NCBI RefSeq assembly: GCF_009914755.1 | Contig: NC_060928.1 | Reading direction: 5' to 3' (one strand) | DNA from: the human T2T-CHM13v2.0 reference genome, Homo sapiens | DNA: 64,000 bases | Shown: positions 40,001 to 51,999 of the stretch, piece by piece | How positions within the stretch are numbered: the first letter of the stretch is position 1 | How the letters are laid out: every line of letters begins with the position of its first letter | Notes under the pieces: model-generated | The model's input: the letters and a program-made list of their open reading frames with translations, nothing else | Told to the model about the DNA's origin: nothing | Database searches by the model: none | Made by a program: the position numbers and the translations under genes

Positions 40001-41909
40001 GTCTTTCACCCAAAGACAGATGACAATGATCAGCTACAGAAAGGATGGTAATGGAGCAGAGAAATCAGTGAGTGGGTCTGAATTACTTTCACTATCCCAC
40101 CCTGCAGCTAGGCAAAGGTCTGGAAAAAACAGGGTTTTAACTGCTATAGCCCAAAGTCTCCTTGCTCCACCTCACCAGACAGTGTGGTAAGTGAGTGGTG
40201 GCAGCTCCACACTCCAAACGAGGTTCCTTCCTGAGTCTGACAACTCAGGGACTCATTCTTTCATTCCCATTTGCCTCAAATCACAGCCTCCCGGCATGCC
40301 TTCTGGACAACATTTACGCAGGGTTGAATATATGGCTCACATTAGAACAAACAGAACTTCCTAAATTGGGCAATTTGTGACTTTGCACCTCAAGTTTCAC
40401 TCATCCCTGATTCAGAATGCACTAAAAGCACATTATTACTGTTTAGGATGCAAACTACTGCCCTGAAAAATATTGCTCTTTACCTGAGGTGAAACAAGTT
40501 ATAAATTAATGGTTAGTGGAGGGTAAGGTGCGTGGGTAAATAGAAATTCCTTAGAATCTTGTGTAGGCCATTCTACTAACATGATGAGGCTACATTTGCT
40601 GTGGATTAATTACCTTTTCTTCTAACTTAATTTATTTCATACTTTAAGAAACCAAAATGTCCAGTAGCCACTATGCTTGCGACAAAGAAACACAATAAAA
40701 GCAATTTCTCCAGTACAAAAAAATAAAGCGTTCCCGGTAATGCATTTTTGAATCCAGCATACCTTCCCCTAATGAGGTTTCAGCATGCTATAAATAACAC
40801 TAATGAGACTTTGTCTTGCCCATGTAATATATTTCCTTGATATAGCCTTAGATTCTCCGTGTTGCATGGAAAACTAACAGCCTCAGAAAGAAATGTCATC
40901 CAATAACACATTAAAACGAAAAGCACAATTAAATATAAATGAATTCAGTAATTTAATTGCACAATTGTCGCTTTAAAAAATTCAGAAGAAATGTAATGAT
41001 GTCATTTTTTTAAATCGGTAAATAATAAAAGTGCTTGTGGGGATGGTACAATATTTAAATAAACATTTTTCTGGCAAAGGGCAGGTAGCAAAGGCAATCC
41101 TACATGCTTAGGAAAATCCCATGGCTTGGAAAAAAAACCGAGTACCCTGGCATACATCACTCTGTGCACGTGATATGCAAAAACAGACATCTCAATTTCA
41201 ATCTAATCTTGAAAGTTTATCCCATGTTTGGAGGGTTTTCTGATTCTGGTCATTATCAACCAGGCTTTATATTATTCCCATTAAAATCGAATGCAAGATG
41301 GCAGCGTACCTAGGAAGCTCTCTAACCAGCTCCCAGTAAAATGAGAACTCCATATGGCTACCAGAAATGCAATCGTTTTCATATATCAACGACATAGCAT
41401 TTTAATGCTGACAAAGTATTAGAAAATCATTAATGGCTCTTCTTCATTTCCCTCTTCTCCAAAGATTGACCCAGCTCAGCCTCCCTTTGGTCTTCCTCTC
41501 TGATAAGATCAGAGACATGAAACGTTGTCTAAAGGAAGATCTAAAGGTAGGCTTTGGGCTTCACTTTACATTGATTTTTATTCAATTCCAATCAAGAACA
41601 CATCCAAGAAATTTACTTACTAGATTCCAGCGTTATGGTGAGGATAATGGGGGAAGAGACTTTTTAATTTTAAGTTAGCTATTACCTTACATTCCAGTTA
41701 TTGGAACTGACACAAGCAGATGAGAGAAAAGACCTTATGCAGCCACCTAAGCAAATTTTCTGGTAGAGCACACTTGTGCATTTAAATATCCTAAGCAAGT
41801 CCACCCCCTTGCTTTCATTGTGTTTGTGCTTGATTTTGACAATAATTTGTATATACGATTTTTGTTTATTTTATCTTGGATAACCATCCAACTAGATAAC
41901 TCATTAATT

Positions 41910-42400
41910 TATTTTCTCTTTCATTCTGTCAACAAATATTTATTGAGTGCCCTGTCTGGGCGCTGGCTCTAGGCACTTGGAATTACATAGTTAACCCTTT
42001 ACCCTTACACAGGCTGATAAAACTATACTCAAAAGCCATATCAACATCTATTTATAAGCTTAACATATACACGTGAACTTCAGGTCATGGTTTCACTTTC
42101 AGGAGCTCACACTCTATGTGTTTGGGATCACAGATAATCAACAACTTAGCAAATAACAAGATTTCTAAAAGCAATAGTTGCTATGAAGAATATGGAAAAA
42201 ACATATAATTCACTCGAGGCTTAAGAGTGGAAGGCAGTTCCTTTAATAAACCGGTTTCAGAACACATCTCTAGAAGCTGATTGTGAGCACAATGAGAGAC
42301 AACCACCCAATGCAACGATCTGGAAAAAGCATTCCTGGCAGAAGGAACAGCACATGCAAAGGCTCAGAAGCAAGAACAAGTTCAGCAAGGAACCAAGGAA
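41910..42400 (-). mobile_element. L2 LINE 3' region carrying a 79-bp templated insertion
   Basis: 'caacaaatatttattgagtgcc...ctaggcacttgg...caggagctcacactcta...gcattcctggcagaaggaacagcacatgcaaaggctcaga'. Confidence 0.85.
41997..42075 (+). repeat. Dispersed 79-bp direct repeat, copy A (copy B at 44380-44458)
   Basis: 75/79 identity by manual alignment. Confidence 0.93.
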
Positions 42401-42879
42401 CACGAAGAAACAGACAAGACAGAATCATGGCTTCTATTTAACAAGGGCTGAAACTAAAGCTCAGACTGGATTCTGTGAAAACTTTGTCTCAAATCCAGAC
42501 CTTCAAACTCCTAACCCTGTCTATCCCCTACACCACAGCATTGCTCGTCGTACATTAAAAGATTCAGTTATGTCCTTTGGTACAGAGTTCCTAATAACCC
42601 TGGGGGAGTCCACTCTCATAACTGTGCTGCATTCCCCAACTGGGTTCTCTCTTGACCATCACAAAGTTTAAAAACAAAAAACAACAACCACAACAACAAC
42701 AAAAAACAATGAACAAAAGCATGCACAGTGAAGTTGGTAAAAAAAAAAAAATCACAGAAAATACATATATTTTAGGTTCCTCTGACAGGATTACATTTGT
42801 ACTGAGCAAGGGAATTCCCAGAAGTCTTTTGAAATCCCAAAGTAATAATATCCCATCAATAGAGAGGTTTATACTTTTC

Positions 42880-43085
42880 CAAGAAGCCCAAATGGCTGGG
42901 TTCATATCTTGTCGGTGACTTTATCAGCTTCATGACCTTGAGATCATTCTGTGCCTTGGCTTTTTCTTTGATAAAACAGAGCTAACATTAGTACCAACAC
43001 TGTCTGGTGGCTGTGACCATTAAGTGAAGGAATTCAGGTGAAGTTCCAGTTAGGACAAGGCCGAGAACAAACTAAGGTTGCTGGA
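42880..43085 (+). mobile_element. MIR SINE
   Basis: 'ctgggttcatatct...tgaccttgag...ctgtgcctt...taacattagtacc...tgtgaccattaagtga'. Confidence 0.65.
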
Positions 43086-44379
43086 TGATGCTGTTGTTTT
43101 TGTATTAACATGGCCTCTTATAGAGCAAAGGAGAGCAACAGACAACAACAAAAAAACTTCTGCCCTTTTTTTCTTTATTTTCAAAGGGCCTTCTAGTGGA
43201 AGCTACTGAAAGTTCAGCATTTGCAGTTTTGTCTCTCTTGCCCACATACATCTAGTAGGCAAAAAACGTGTCTTTGCAATTAACTTTCAACAGCACCAGG
43301 CACACAATGACACTTACAAAAAGAGCTCAGTGACTCCCCTGGAAAGATCGCTGCCCCTTCCATTAATATCTGCCGCTTGATATGAGGATAAGACCAGATG
43401 ACAGAGGGACCCTGTGGAATGGAAAAGTCCTTTACAGAAAAAAGACATAATTGCTATTAATAATAATTAGTAACTAGGAAGATCAATATGCGTTGGTTGG
43501 ATGATACTCATGTCCACAGCAGTTTCGGAAGAGTAACCTGAAAGTTCTAAGCATTTCTTATACAGTTCCTCACAAAAGTCCCTACTTTGTCACACAAGCT
43601 GGGCCTCATTTCTAATTCCCAGATCTCCACAGCACAATTTCTTTTTATGAATCCTTTGGAATTCCACACGACAAGAGCAACAGCTGTGTTAGGCCAACCC
43701 ATCATTCATTTTGGCTTCTCTCGCTGTAACTCAAAAAGTCAGTGATCACTTGGAAACCACCTCTGATCCGTAGGAGGTGATGGCAGACTGAATTTACAAC
43801 AAAGCCCTGCCTGCAGAAATCTTCCTGTCACCTGCAGGCCACATAAACCATTAGCATCCCAGCCATAACGTGCGGTCAATGAGCTACACAGGCATTTCAA
43901 AACCAAGCACTTTGCCACTATTTATGGGCCAAGGCAGGGACTCCAGCAGCTCTGATTTTCTTGTCAGCCTGCCAGAGGAGGAGCTACAAAGAACAGCTGC
44001 GTTACCCACCCTTCTACAGTTTGAACGTTTGAAGAAAATTAAAAGAAAAAAACCCAAACGTTAGAAGGTGCCACTCGAACCTGTGCATCTCCTTGTGGAG
44101 TTTTCCTGGCCCTGAAAACACTTTTAACTCAACTCCTGGTCACTGCCCTCTGCTAAACAGGAAAACAGCAATAGAATGTCATTTTTGTCTAATTGCCCTA
44201 CACAGAGCGCTCACCAAAGGCAAGCCACAGTAGAATATTATTATTTTTAGAACACTACTCGGTTTTAACATTTTAGTAACCACGTGATCTCTAGAACCAC
44301 AATGGTTCTTAAATGAACCATTTTCCTCCATTCTAGAAACAGATAAATATAGACACCATATATATTTTTAAAATAAGCT

Positions 44380-44458
44380 CTTTACCCTTACACAAGCTGA
44401 TAAAAATATACTCAAAAGCCATATCCACATCTATTTATAAGCTTAACATATACACATG
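44380..44458 (+). repeat. Dispersed 79-bp direct repeat, copy B (probable donor)
   Basis: ctttacccttacacaagctgataaaaatatactcaaaagccatatccacatctatttataagcttaacatatacacatg. Confidence 0.93.
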
Positions 44459-46094
44459 GGATATTTAAAGTGTTGATTGGTCCTCTGAAATGGTTTTTTT
44501 CCACTTGCATAGAAAATTAAGTGGAGGTCAACACAATGAAACATTTTCTAAGTCACTGCTGTTTATTAGGAAGTTCAGAATAATAGGCTCCAACCTGAAA
44601 AAAAAATGTCAATGCAATCTAAAAATAACAAAAGGTGCATAACAAATTTGTCCTCATTTTGTTCTTAATAGAAGGTGTTTCTAGTGCATCAGCCAGAATG
44701 ACCTATCAAACGCATCACCTTGTACAGTCAATTTATTCCTTTATCAGGCAGTCATTGGAGAGGGATTTTGTTTTGCATTGCCTCAACATAAAGTGGGATG
44801 GTGAGCCTGCTTTCCTTACGCAGTGAGGGAGCCTCTTTTGTCAGGAAACCTTTCTAAAAGATCTTTGATCAAAATGAAGATGAGACAGGGAGACTTTTCT
44901 CTTTCCCCGAAATGCTGCCCCCACCTTTGGATCATAAAACCTCTCGATCTAAGCACTAAGAATCAAGCCCAGAGCAGGATCCCTTTGGCTCTCAATGCTA
45001 TCCTGTCACCAGAAGCACATTCGGAATGTCTCTCAAAAATTAACTGTTTCACCAGACCTGAAAGACCTGGTGTTAGAAGGCAGGAATTGTTCTTCCAATT
45101 TCTCAGTTGTAAAAACTGAAGTGGGAGAAAGATAAGGGGGCTTCTCTGTGGCAACTGAGCAGTCAAACTGTCAGGATATCAAATTAGCATCCAAAGTGGG
45201 ACCAGAGATGGTCGCTTCCTCATTTGCACCTCATTATCTTAACAAGCCTAAAGAAAAGCTGAAGGCCTGCCCAGTGTTACAATAATATACTAAACACACT
45301 TAGCACAAAAATTTATAAAGATTTCTTATTTTTATAAATTAACGATTGGAGGATTTTAATTGAAAAATGTGCTGCATGCTTTAATAGGAAAACGGCAGCA
45401 AAAAATAAATGAAAATAAATGAATGCAGTCACTCTAGAATGAATTGAAATGTGAGTGACTGTGTAAGCCACTCTCTACCCACACCCTCCTCCAAAACCCA
45501 CTCCCTATTTGCAGACTCTTACCTCCAAAATCATTGTCTTATACTTATAAAAGGTGCCTGAAAGTCTTCTGCCTGAAACTTAGTCCTAGAATCTTAAAAG
45601 CTTTATTAGCCATCATAAATTATTTTCTTAAGTTACAAATATCCCTGGGAGAGATGATGCTCTACAAGGCCTGAGAACAATGTAAATAGTAGAGGAAGGC
45701 AGCTAAGGGTAGAGGAGGAAACAAAAAGAATCTTACAGGCATAAATAAAATGCCTGTGATGTACAAGCAACATTGCATATTTGGTCTTATGTAATATTTG
45801 CATAAATCTCTTTTAAAGTAGACACTAGTGTTACTAATTTTTAGTGAGGAAACTGAGGCTCCAGGGTTCAACCAGTTGATAAGTGGGATCTGAACCTGGG
45901 TCTGTCTGCTTCCCAAACTCCGAGTCCCAGGGATGTCATGGAAGGATGGGTGAGGAGCTAAGCCCCCAGACACCACCATCTGGTTCCTTCCCAGTCAGGC
46001 TGGCTGACAGGGATGTGGCTAGAGATGGTTCAGAGACAACAGAAAGACAATAACTCTGCAAACTCTGGCAGAGACAATGGCATGATATTCATAA

Positions 46095-46274
46095 CCAAGA
46101 TTTATTGTGTACTTATTAGGTACTGATTCCTGTCCTTTACATGCAATATCTCGTTTAACCCCCATAAAGACTTTGTAGATAAACATTGTTCCCATTTTCC
46201 CATTTTATAGATGAGAAAATGAAGATCTAGGGAGAGTAAGTAACTTGCAATAGATCTTACAGCTATTGAATGGC
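46095..46274 (-). mobile_element. MIR SINE interrupted by MLT1A0
   Basis: 'cccattttatagatgagaaaatgaag...agtaacttgc...acagctattgaatggc'. Confidence 0.8.
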
Positions 46275-46633
46275 AGCTATGGTCTGAATGTTTGTGTCCC
46301 CCAAAATTCATATGTTGAAACCCTAACCACCAAGGTGATGGTATTGGGAGGTGGGGTCTTTGGAAGGTGATAAGGTCATGGGGGTAGAGACCTCAGGAAA
46401 GAGATTATTACCCTCATAAAAGAGGCCATGGAGACCCCTTCCCCTTTCCACCACGTGAGAACCCAGCAGGAAGGCCATGAGTGTCTATGAGCTAGAAAGT
46501 GGTCCCTCACCAGAAAATGAGTCTGCCTTAATCTTGGACTTCCCAGCCTCCAGAACTGTGAGAAATAAATTTCTGTCGTTTATAAGCTGCCCAGTTTGTG
46601 CTATTTTATCATAACAGCCTGTGGACTAAGACA
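46275..46633 (+). mobile_element. MLT1A0-like MaLR solo LTR
   Basis: From gctatggtctgaatgtttgtgtcccccaaaattcatatgttgaa to ggactaagaca; perfect TSD atggc. Confidence 0.9.
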
Positions 46634-46719
46634 ATGGCAAAGCAAGGTAATTGGACTTCTCTGCTCAGTGGCTTTTCTCTCTCCAATAGCAACAAGCACA
46701 AAATGATTCAGCTTGCTAG

Positions 46720-46812
46720 TTGCCATTCCTGTAAGCTACTTAACCCTCAGTTTCCTCATCTGAAAAACAGGGGTAGTAATAACAGCCTGGCAAGGTTATT
46801 GTGAGGATTCTC
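46720..46812 (+). mobile_element. MIR core fragment
   Basis: 'cctcagtttcctcatctgaaaaacagggg...ggttattgtgaggatt'. Confidence 0.8.
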
Positions 46813-48050
46813 TGTCACACCACTGGGACTTCCAGTGGGGCTGGATCAGAAGCCCAAGCCACTAGGGTGGCCAGAGCTTACAGTCCAGTGACAGTGGCCA
46901 GCCCCTTCAGAGAGCCAGCTTTGGCCAGGAAAACGCTATGGAGAACACAGGCTCCCAGCTATTGGAATGAAGACTTCTCCCACGCCTGTTTTTCAAACAA
47001 GTTAGAACACCGCCAACCCTGCCCTCAGGAACCTCTGAACATGATCACAGGTCTCAGGGGTCACGCTCACTAGGGTCTCCATCTGGTCTTTCTTTGCTCC
47101 TCCTCCTCATTGCAGGAGTTTCCAGACACAACTGCTAGGGGGAGAGTAGCGACCACGTGAATATCACTAAGGACTGAACAAGTACCACTGAATGAGAGAA
47201 GCTGATCAAGCCAGAGACCTCCGCCATACCCTCTTGGACACAGGAGCCACTCCTGCCGGTTCTAGGCACCTCAGATCCAGCCTCCACACTTTCTGAACAA
47301 CCACAGGTGACCAGGGGAGAGGAATGCAGAGGAAACCACGAGGCCCATACACAGCTATATATTTTAAATAGCATCTCCTCTCTGCAGCCTTACGTGGGAG
47401 GGGAACATATGGTCCTACATTCATTATACTCCTGAGTTTAGGTTTGAAACATCATATTTTCATTACAAATAAGCTTTGATGACACTGCCTATTGCAATGA
47501 TTTCAACGCATGGTTAATTTTATCTGCGGCAGTGGTGAGAGTGGCATACCAATTTACTGCCAGAGGAGAACAATCTGATTTTAGCATCTTAACCCTGAAC
47601 TCGAGTTCCCTTTGTTCCTGAGAACCTCATTTTAGCAAGATTCAAGACTCGAAGTGACTGGGAAGAGCGCGTCACTGATGCTGACTCAAAGGGAGTGGAA
47701 AAGTTGAGAGAGAAAAGGGATGAGCTGGATAAACAGAAATACATGAGACAGGGGAATAGGGGAAGTGGACAGCAAAGGGTTTGGGTTCGGTGTGACAGTG
47801 TGCTTAGAACTTCAACGAGCAGATCAGGTCTTCACAACTTGGCTGGCGAGCTGGTGAGAGCAGACCTATTTGTGAGGCTCTTTTCTGCTGTGTCTGACTT
47901 CAGGCCAAGCCAGGAAGCAGCAAGAAAGAACTCACTCATGGAGCCCTTTGTTCTGGGCCAGGAAGTTTAGAGAAAAACTAAAATACAGAATAATGTCACT
48001 GGTGGATAGGGTAGAGAGGAAGGTGCTCTAACTTCTTAGCCTCTCTGTGA

Positions 48051-48074
48051 GTGTATGCGTATGTGTGTGTATGC

Positions 48075-48157
<83 letters not shown>
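48051..48157. repeat. Compound (TG)n(TA)n(GA)n microsatellite
   Basis: Direct observation. Confidence 0.97.
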
Positions 48158-48229
48158 TCTATATAAATTTTGCTTCACTCTTAGTAAACTTTTCTGCAGC
48201 CATTTGGCTACACTTTATTTTAACTCATC

Positions 48230-48600
48230 CCATCATTCAGCACACATTTAATGAGCACTTGCTAAGTACCATAAGGTACTGAGAAAAGAAATGGGTATGG
48301 AGAACAGTGTCCCTGCTCTCTGAGCAACTCAGAACTAGCCTAGGACATGGAAATGGGACATACCAATTAGAGAGATGTAATAAGTTGTTCAGATGAAGTA
48401 AGAATTCTGAAAAGGAAGTATCTGACTCCAACTAAGGGCTTAGAGATGTCTTCAAGGAGGTGACTGAATAGGAGTTGAATCCTAAATGATTAAGAGGAAT
48501 TAACCAGAGTGATGCCACTAGCGAGAACAGCCCTTAGAAAGGCCCAGAGGCTAAATGCAATAAGGTGCTGGCAATTTGAGGAACTACAGACACAAGAAGA
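48230..48600 (-). mobile_element. L2 LINE 3' region
   Basis: 'cattcagcacacatttaatgagcacttgctaagtacc...gtccctgctctc...ttgaatcctaaatgattaagaggaattaacca...aaaggcccagagg'. Confidence 0.75.
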
Positions 48601-49240
48601 CCCCGGGATAACATGTCATGCAATAATGTGAATATGGGCATAATTTAGAATTGGCTCATCCTCCCTTCAGCCCCAGTTCTCAAATGGGGAAGGCTAAAGT
48701 TCTGTTGAGTGTGTGTGTGTGTGCATGTGTGTGCAAACACACGCACTGGTGGTCATGCCCATGGAAGAGAGGCTGACGGTAGGTCCCCACTTGTCAAGTA
48801 TTCTCCCAACCCAATTGCTCCAGAGTGAGCCAATGAAACAGATGACAACTAGCTAGATTCCTGGAATCACTGCAGCTATCCCTGAAAGTCCTGGCCAACC
48901 AAAATTGTTCCATTCAACAACCAAGCCAGAACAGACCTCTGCCACCAGGTAGTACCAAACTACAGATGGGACTGGATGGATTTGGATCTTGCAGCAAGAT
49001 CCCTGAAACCCAAGAGCTTAGCTGTAGAGGGTCTCCCCAGTAATTTCCTGCACCTCACAGCTAATGCTCCCTCTCCCTTGTTTTACACAGTTGACTTTTT
49101 TGGAACCCACACATTGCATCTTGGAAGGTTTCACTATAGCCTTATTCATTGTGAATAGTATGGATAGTAGCATGGATAGAGTGTAAGGCAGAAAATAAGC
49201 ATAGAGACAAAGCCCCGATTATCAAGAGTTGCATATTCCA

Positions 49241-49274
49241 CTATCGTTCTTGTCGGGACTGAGGTTAAAAAAAA
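49241..49274 (+). pseudogene. SNORD116: Probable 5'-truncated retrocopy of a box C/D snoRNA 3' end (SNORD116-like) with A-tail
   Basis: Insert ctatcgttcttgtcgggactgaggtt plus A8, between 17-bp TSDs (49224-49240, 49274-49290; 2 mismatches); 20/26 identical, transitions only, to the recalled SNORD116 end CCGTCGTTCTCATCGGAACTGAGGTC. Confidence 0.55.
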
Positions 49275-49349
49275 GGAGCTGCATATTCCATGCTAAAGAG
49301 TTTGGACATTATTCTGAGGTCCAATGGGGGAACCAGTGGGTAAATGTAA

Positions 49350-49580
49350 GTCAGTGGTTCAAAGTCAAGGTTAGGCACAGATGCAATTTTTTTAGCCTGT
49401 GAAAGATTTTCAAAATCAAGTCATTCTGCTTAAACCTGGATCTCTGACTTCCCGTAAGAAGCTGGGCTGACTTTTCCATTTGCTGGAGTAGCATTGCTCT
49501 TTTCAGATGGAGTGTGCTCTCCTAGTCTCTATAAGCCCCACCATACCCAAGCAGTTTCAGTTTCATGCCTTTGCTAAGCT
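49350..49580 (-). mobile_element. MER102-like DNA transposon within L2
   Basis: 'acctggatctctgacttc...ttcagatggagtgtgctctcctag...ccccaccatacc'. Confidence 0.6.
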
Positions 49581-51679
49581 TGATTCCTATAGGAATCTAA
49601 GTTGGCAAAAAAAAAAAAAAACAAAAAAAACAGCTGTGACAGAATCAAATTTGCATGTTAAAAAGTTTACTGGAGCAAAAGTATTGAGATTGGGTGACAG
49701 GACGGGGAGAGATGAGAGGCAGGAGAACCTATTGGAGGGTTATAATAACCATTAGGGCTCTTTCTACATGCAGAACCCAAGGAAAGATGTCAGAAATGGC
49801 TGTGAATACCACCTTCAAAAACCAAACGATAGCCGGATACACTATCTTGCAATGCTAACCCATAACCCCATAATCTAAATGCAAATGTCGAGGTTTCACA
49901 GCAGCACCACAGTTTGACAATACTGATGGGAAACACAATAAATACTGAGGCAAATACACCAGTCAGAAGTAAAGTAAATTAATAGTACAGCTTAGCTGGG
50001 ATCACAAATGAATCACTCCAAAAGCAATTTTGTCCTGTTGTAAAATGAGATAAATACCTACTTGCCAGTTATTTTAGGAATAACACAAATCAGCCCATCT
50101 GTCTTAATTCAATGGTACTCATCATACATTTTTAAAGTTATCACTTCCTGAAGAGTCATCCTATTGGTGCCAACACACACTTTATGTTGACAGTCTATGG
50201 CATGACCTGCAATCTGGGTGTCATTTCAGAGCAGCGTGGAAACCCTAAGCTATGCGTCTTTGCCGAAGTGACTTGTTCTCTGGAAAGCAGGGGAGAGGGA
50301 GCTCCTAGTTGCTGGACAGGTACAGTCTTCAAATGACATTGGAGAGGAAGCTGAAGGTAGAAGCATTTTTTTTTTTAGGAAGGAGATGCAAATGTTAGTA
50401 CAGAGAACAATTTACTGCAAACTAAATTACTAATCAATATCTAGTAGTAGGCAGACTGTCCACTGTGGCTGTGAGAGTCATATTCAATCTATGATGGGAG
50501 ATGCTAGAAAAGGAGACTGCTCTGCTTAAATTTTATTCTTGTTTTGTATTCAGACATAAATAAGCTTGCTGATCATATCACTCTCTCAGATTTATGGAAA
50601 ACACAAGAGAGCACAAGAATTTCAGAAAACCTCCCTGGATCTTGCAATTTCTCAGAGTAAATACTTCACACTCCCTCCTTGAATGTAAGAAAACATGGGA
50701 TAAGAATTAATCCAGGAAACTCCTAAAACTCAGGGTTAGAAACTTAACGCTTCATAGAAAATATTGGGTTAGAGAGCCTGCAGTTGAGAGTAGTGAAAAG
50801 ATCTCAAAATGTATTTTATGATCAATTCAAACTTTAGGCAGAATAATGAGCCCAAGTTATATAGAGTCCAACAATGGTATTTTATACATCTTAAATTAAT
50901 AGTGATGGGAATCACATAATTAACTCCCACTTATCATTTCATTCTGGACTCTTCAGAAACTTGCCAGGTCCTCCCCCAATGAGAGCTCCAACAAAATGCC
51001 TATAAATTCATTTTTGTCACAGTGAGTACACAGAGAGGCTCTCTCCCCATCTGCTTCTTCAAGGTGGTCTCCATGCAACTATTCACTCTCTTTCTGATTA
51101 CGTAACCTGGAGCTGTAGACCCCTAGCTCCACACCCCAAAGCAGCTGCTGTTAGTCTCAAAGATAACTAGCCAGGGATCCTCTCTTCTCACAGAAGCAGT
51201 TCTGCAAGTAAACCACCAGTCTACTCCCATTGATGCTAGTAGGGCTCAATGGAAAACTCCACTCCTGCATTGTTTCTTTCTCCTTCCCTACTTCTTATGC
51301 CCTGTATTTGTAATTATCTTTACAAGAGAGATCATCAATTTACAAAAAAATGGCATTAAATCTGTAAAGTTGCTGAAAAGTTGTATAGAAGATTAGAGGT
51401 TCATGTAAGAGTTGAGAGAGAGAGAAAGAGAGAGACCTCATACCCCCAATATATTAAATTGACTTATCTCTACAGTAGGACAACTAGCTCCTAAGCTTCT
51501 TGAGGTGAGGCTGCAAGGAATGTGGCTCACATATCTGCCCTGCCCACCTCCCAAGAGGAGTCTCGCAGGGCTCCTCGAATAAATAAGTAAACACCTTTCC
51601 TTGCTTCTATGACTTAAAACCAAACTAAGAAGAGGATGGGCTCAAAGTGTAATTTTCTTAAACTCCTGGCGGGCTTTGA

Positions 51680-51860
51680 AATGAGGTTGCTCTTTAATCT
51701 TCACAATGACCTATTGATGTAGTCATCATTATTTCCACTTTACAGACAAGGAAAAGAAAATTGAGGATCAGAGAGTAAAGTGACTTGCCCAGGGTAGTGA
51801 CTGTCCATTGTAAGTAGCAGAATCAGATTCAGATCCAGATCTTGCTGGGTCTACAATCCC
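51680..51860 (-). mobile_element. MIR SINE
   Basis: 'tttaatcttcacaatgacctat...ccactttacagacaaggaaa...aagtgacttgcccaggg'. Confidence 0.75.
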
Positions 51861-51962
51861 ATGTAGATGCCAAACGCGCATTATTTCACAATAACTAATT
51901 TCTCCCCACCTTGGTGAGTGCTGAAATCGTAATTTAAATCACTGACTGGCCCTGGCTTCTCA

Positions 51963-51963
<1 letters not shown>

Positions 51964-51997
<34 letters not shown>
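51964..51997. repeat. (CA)n microsatellite
   Basis: Direct observation. Confidence 0.97.
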
Positions 51998-51999
<2 letters not shown>

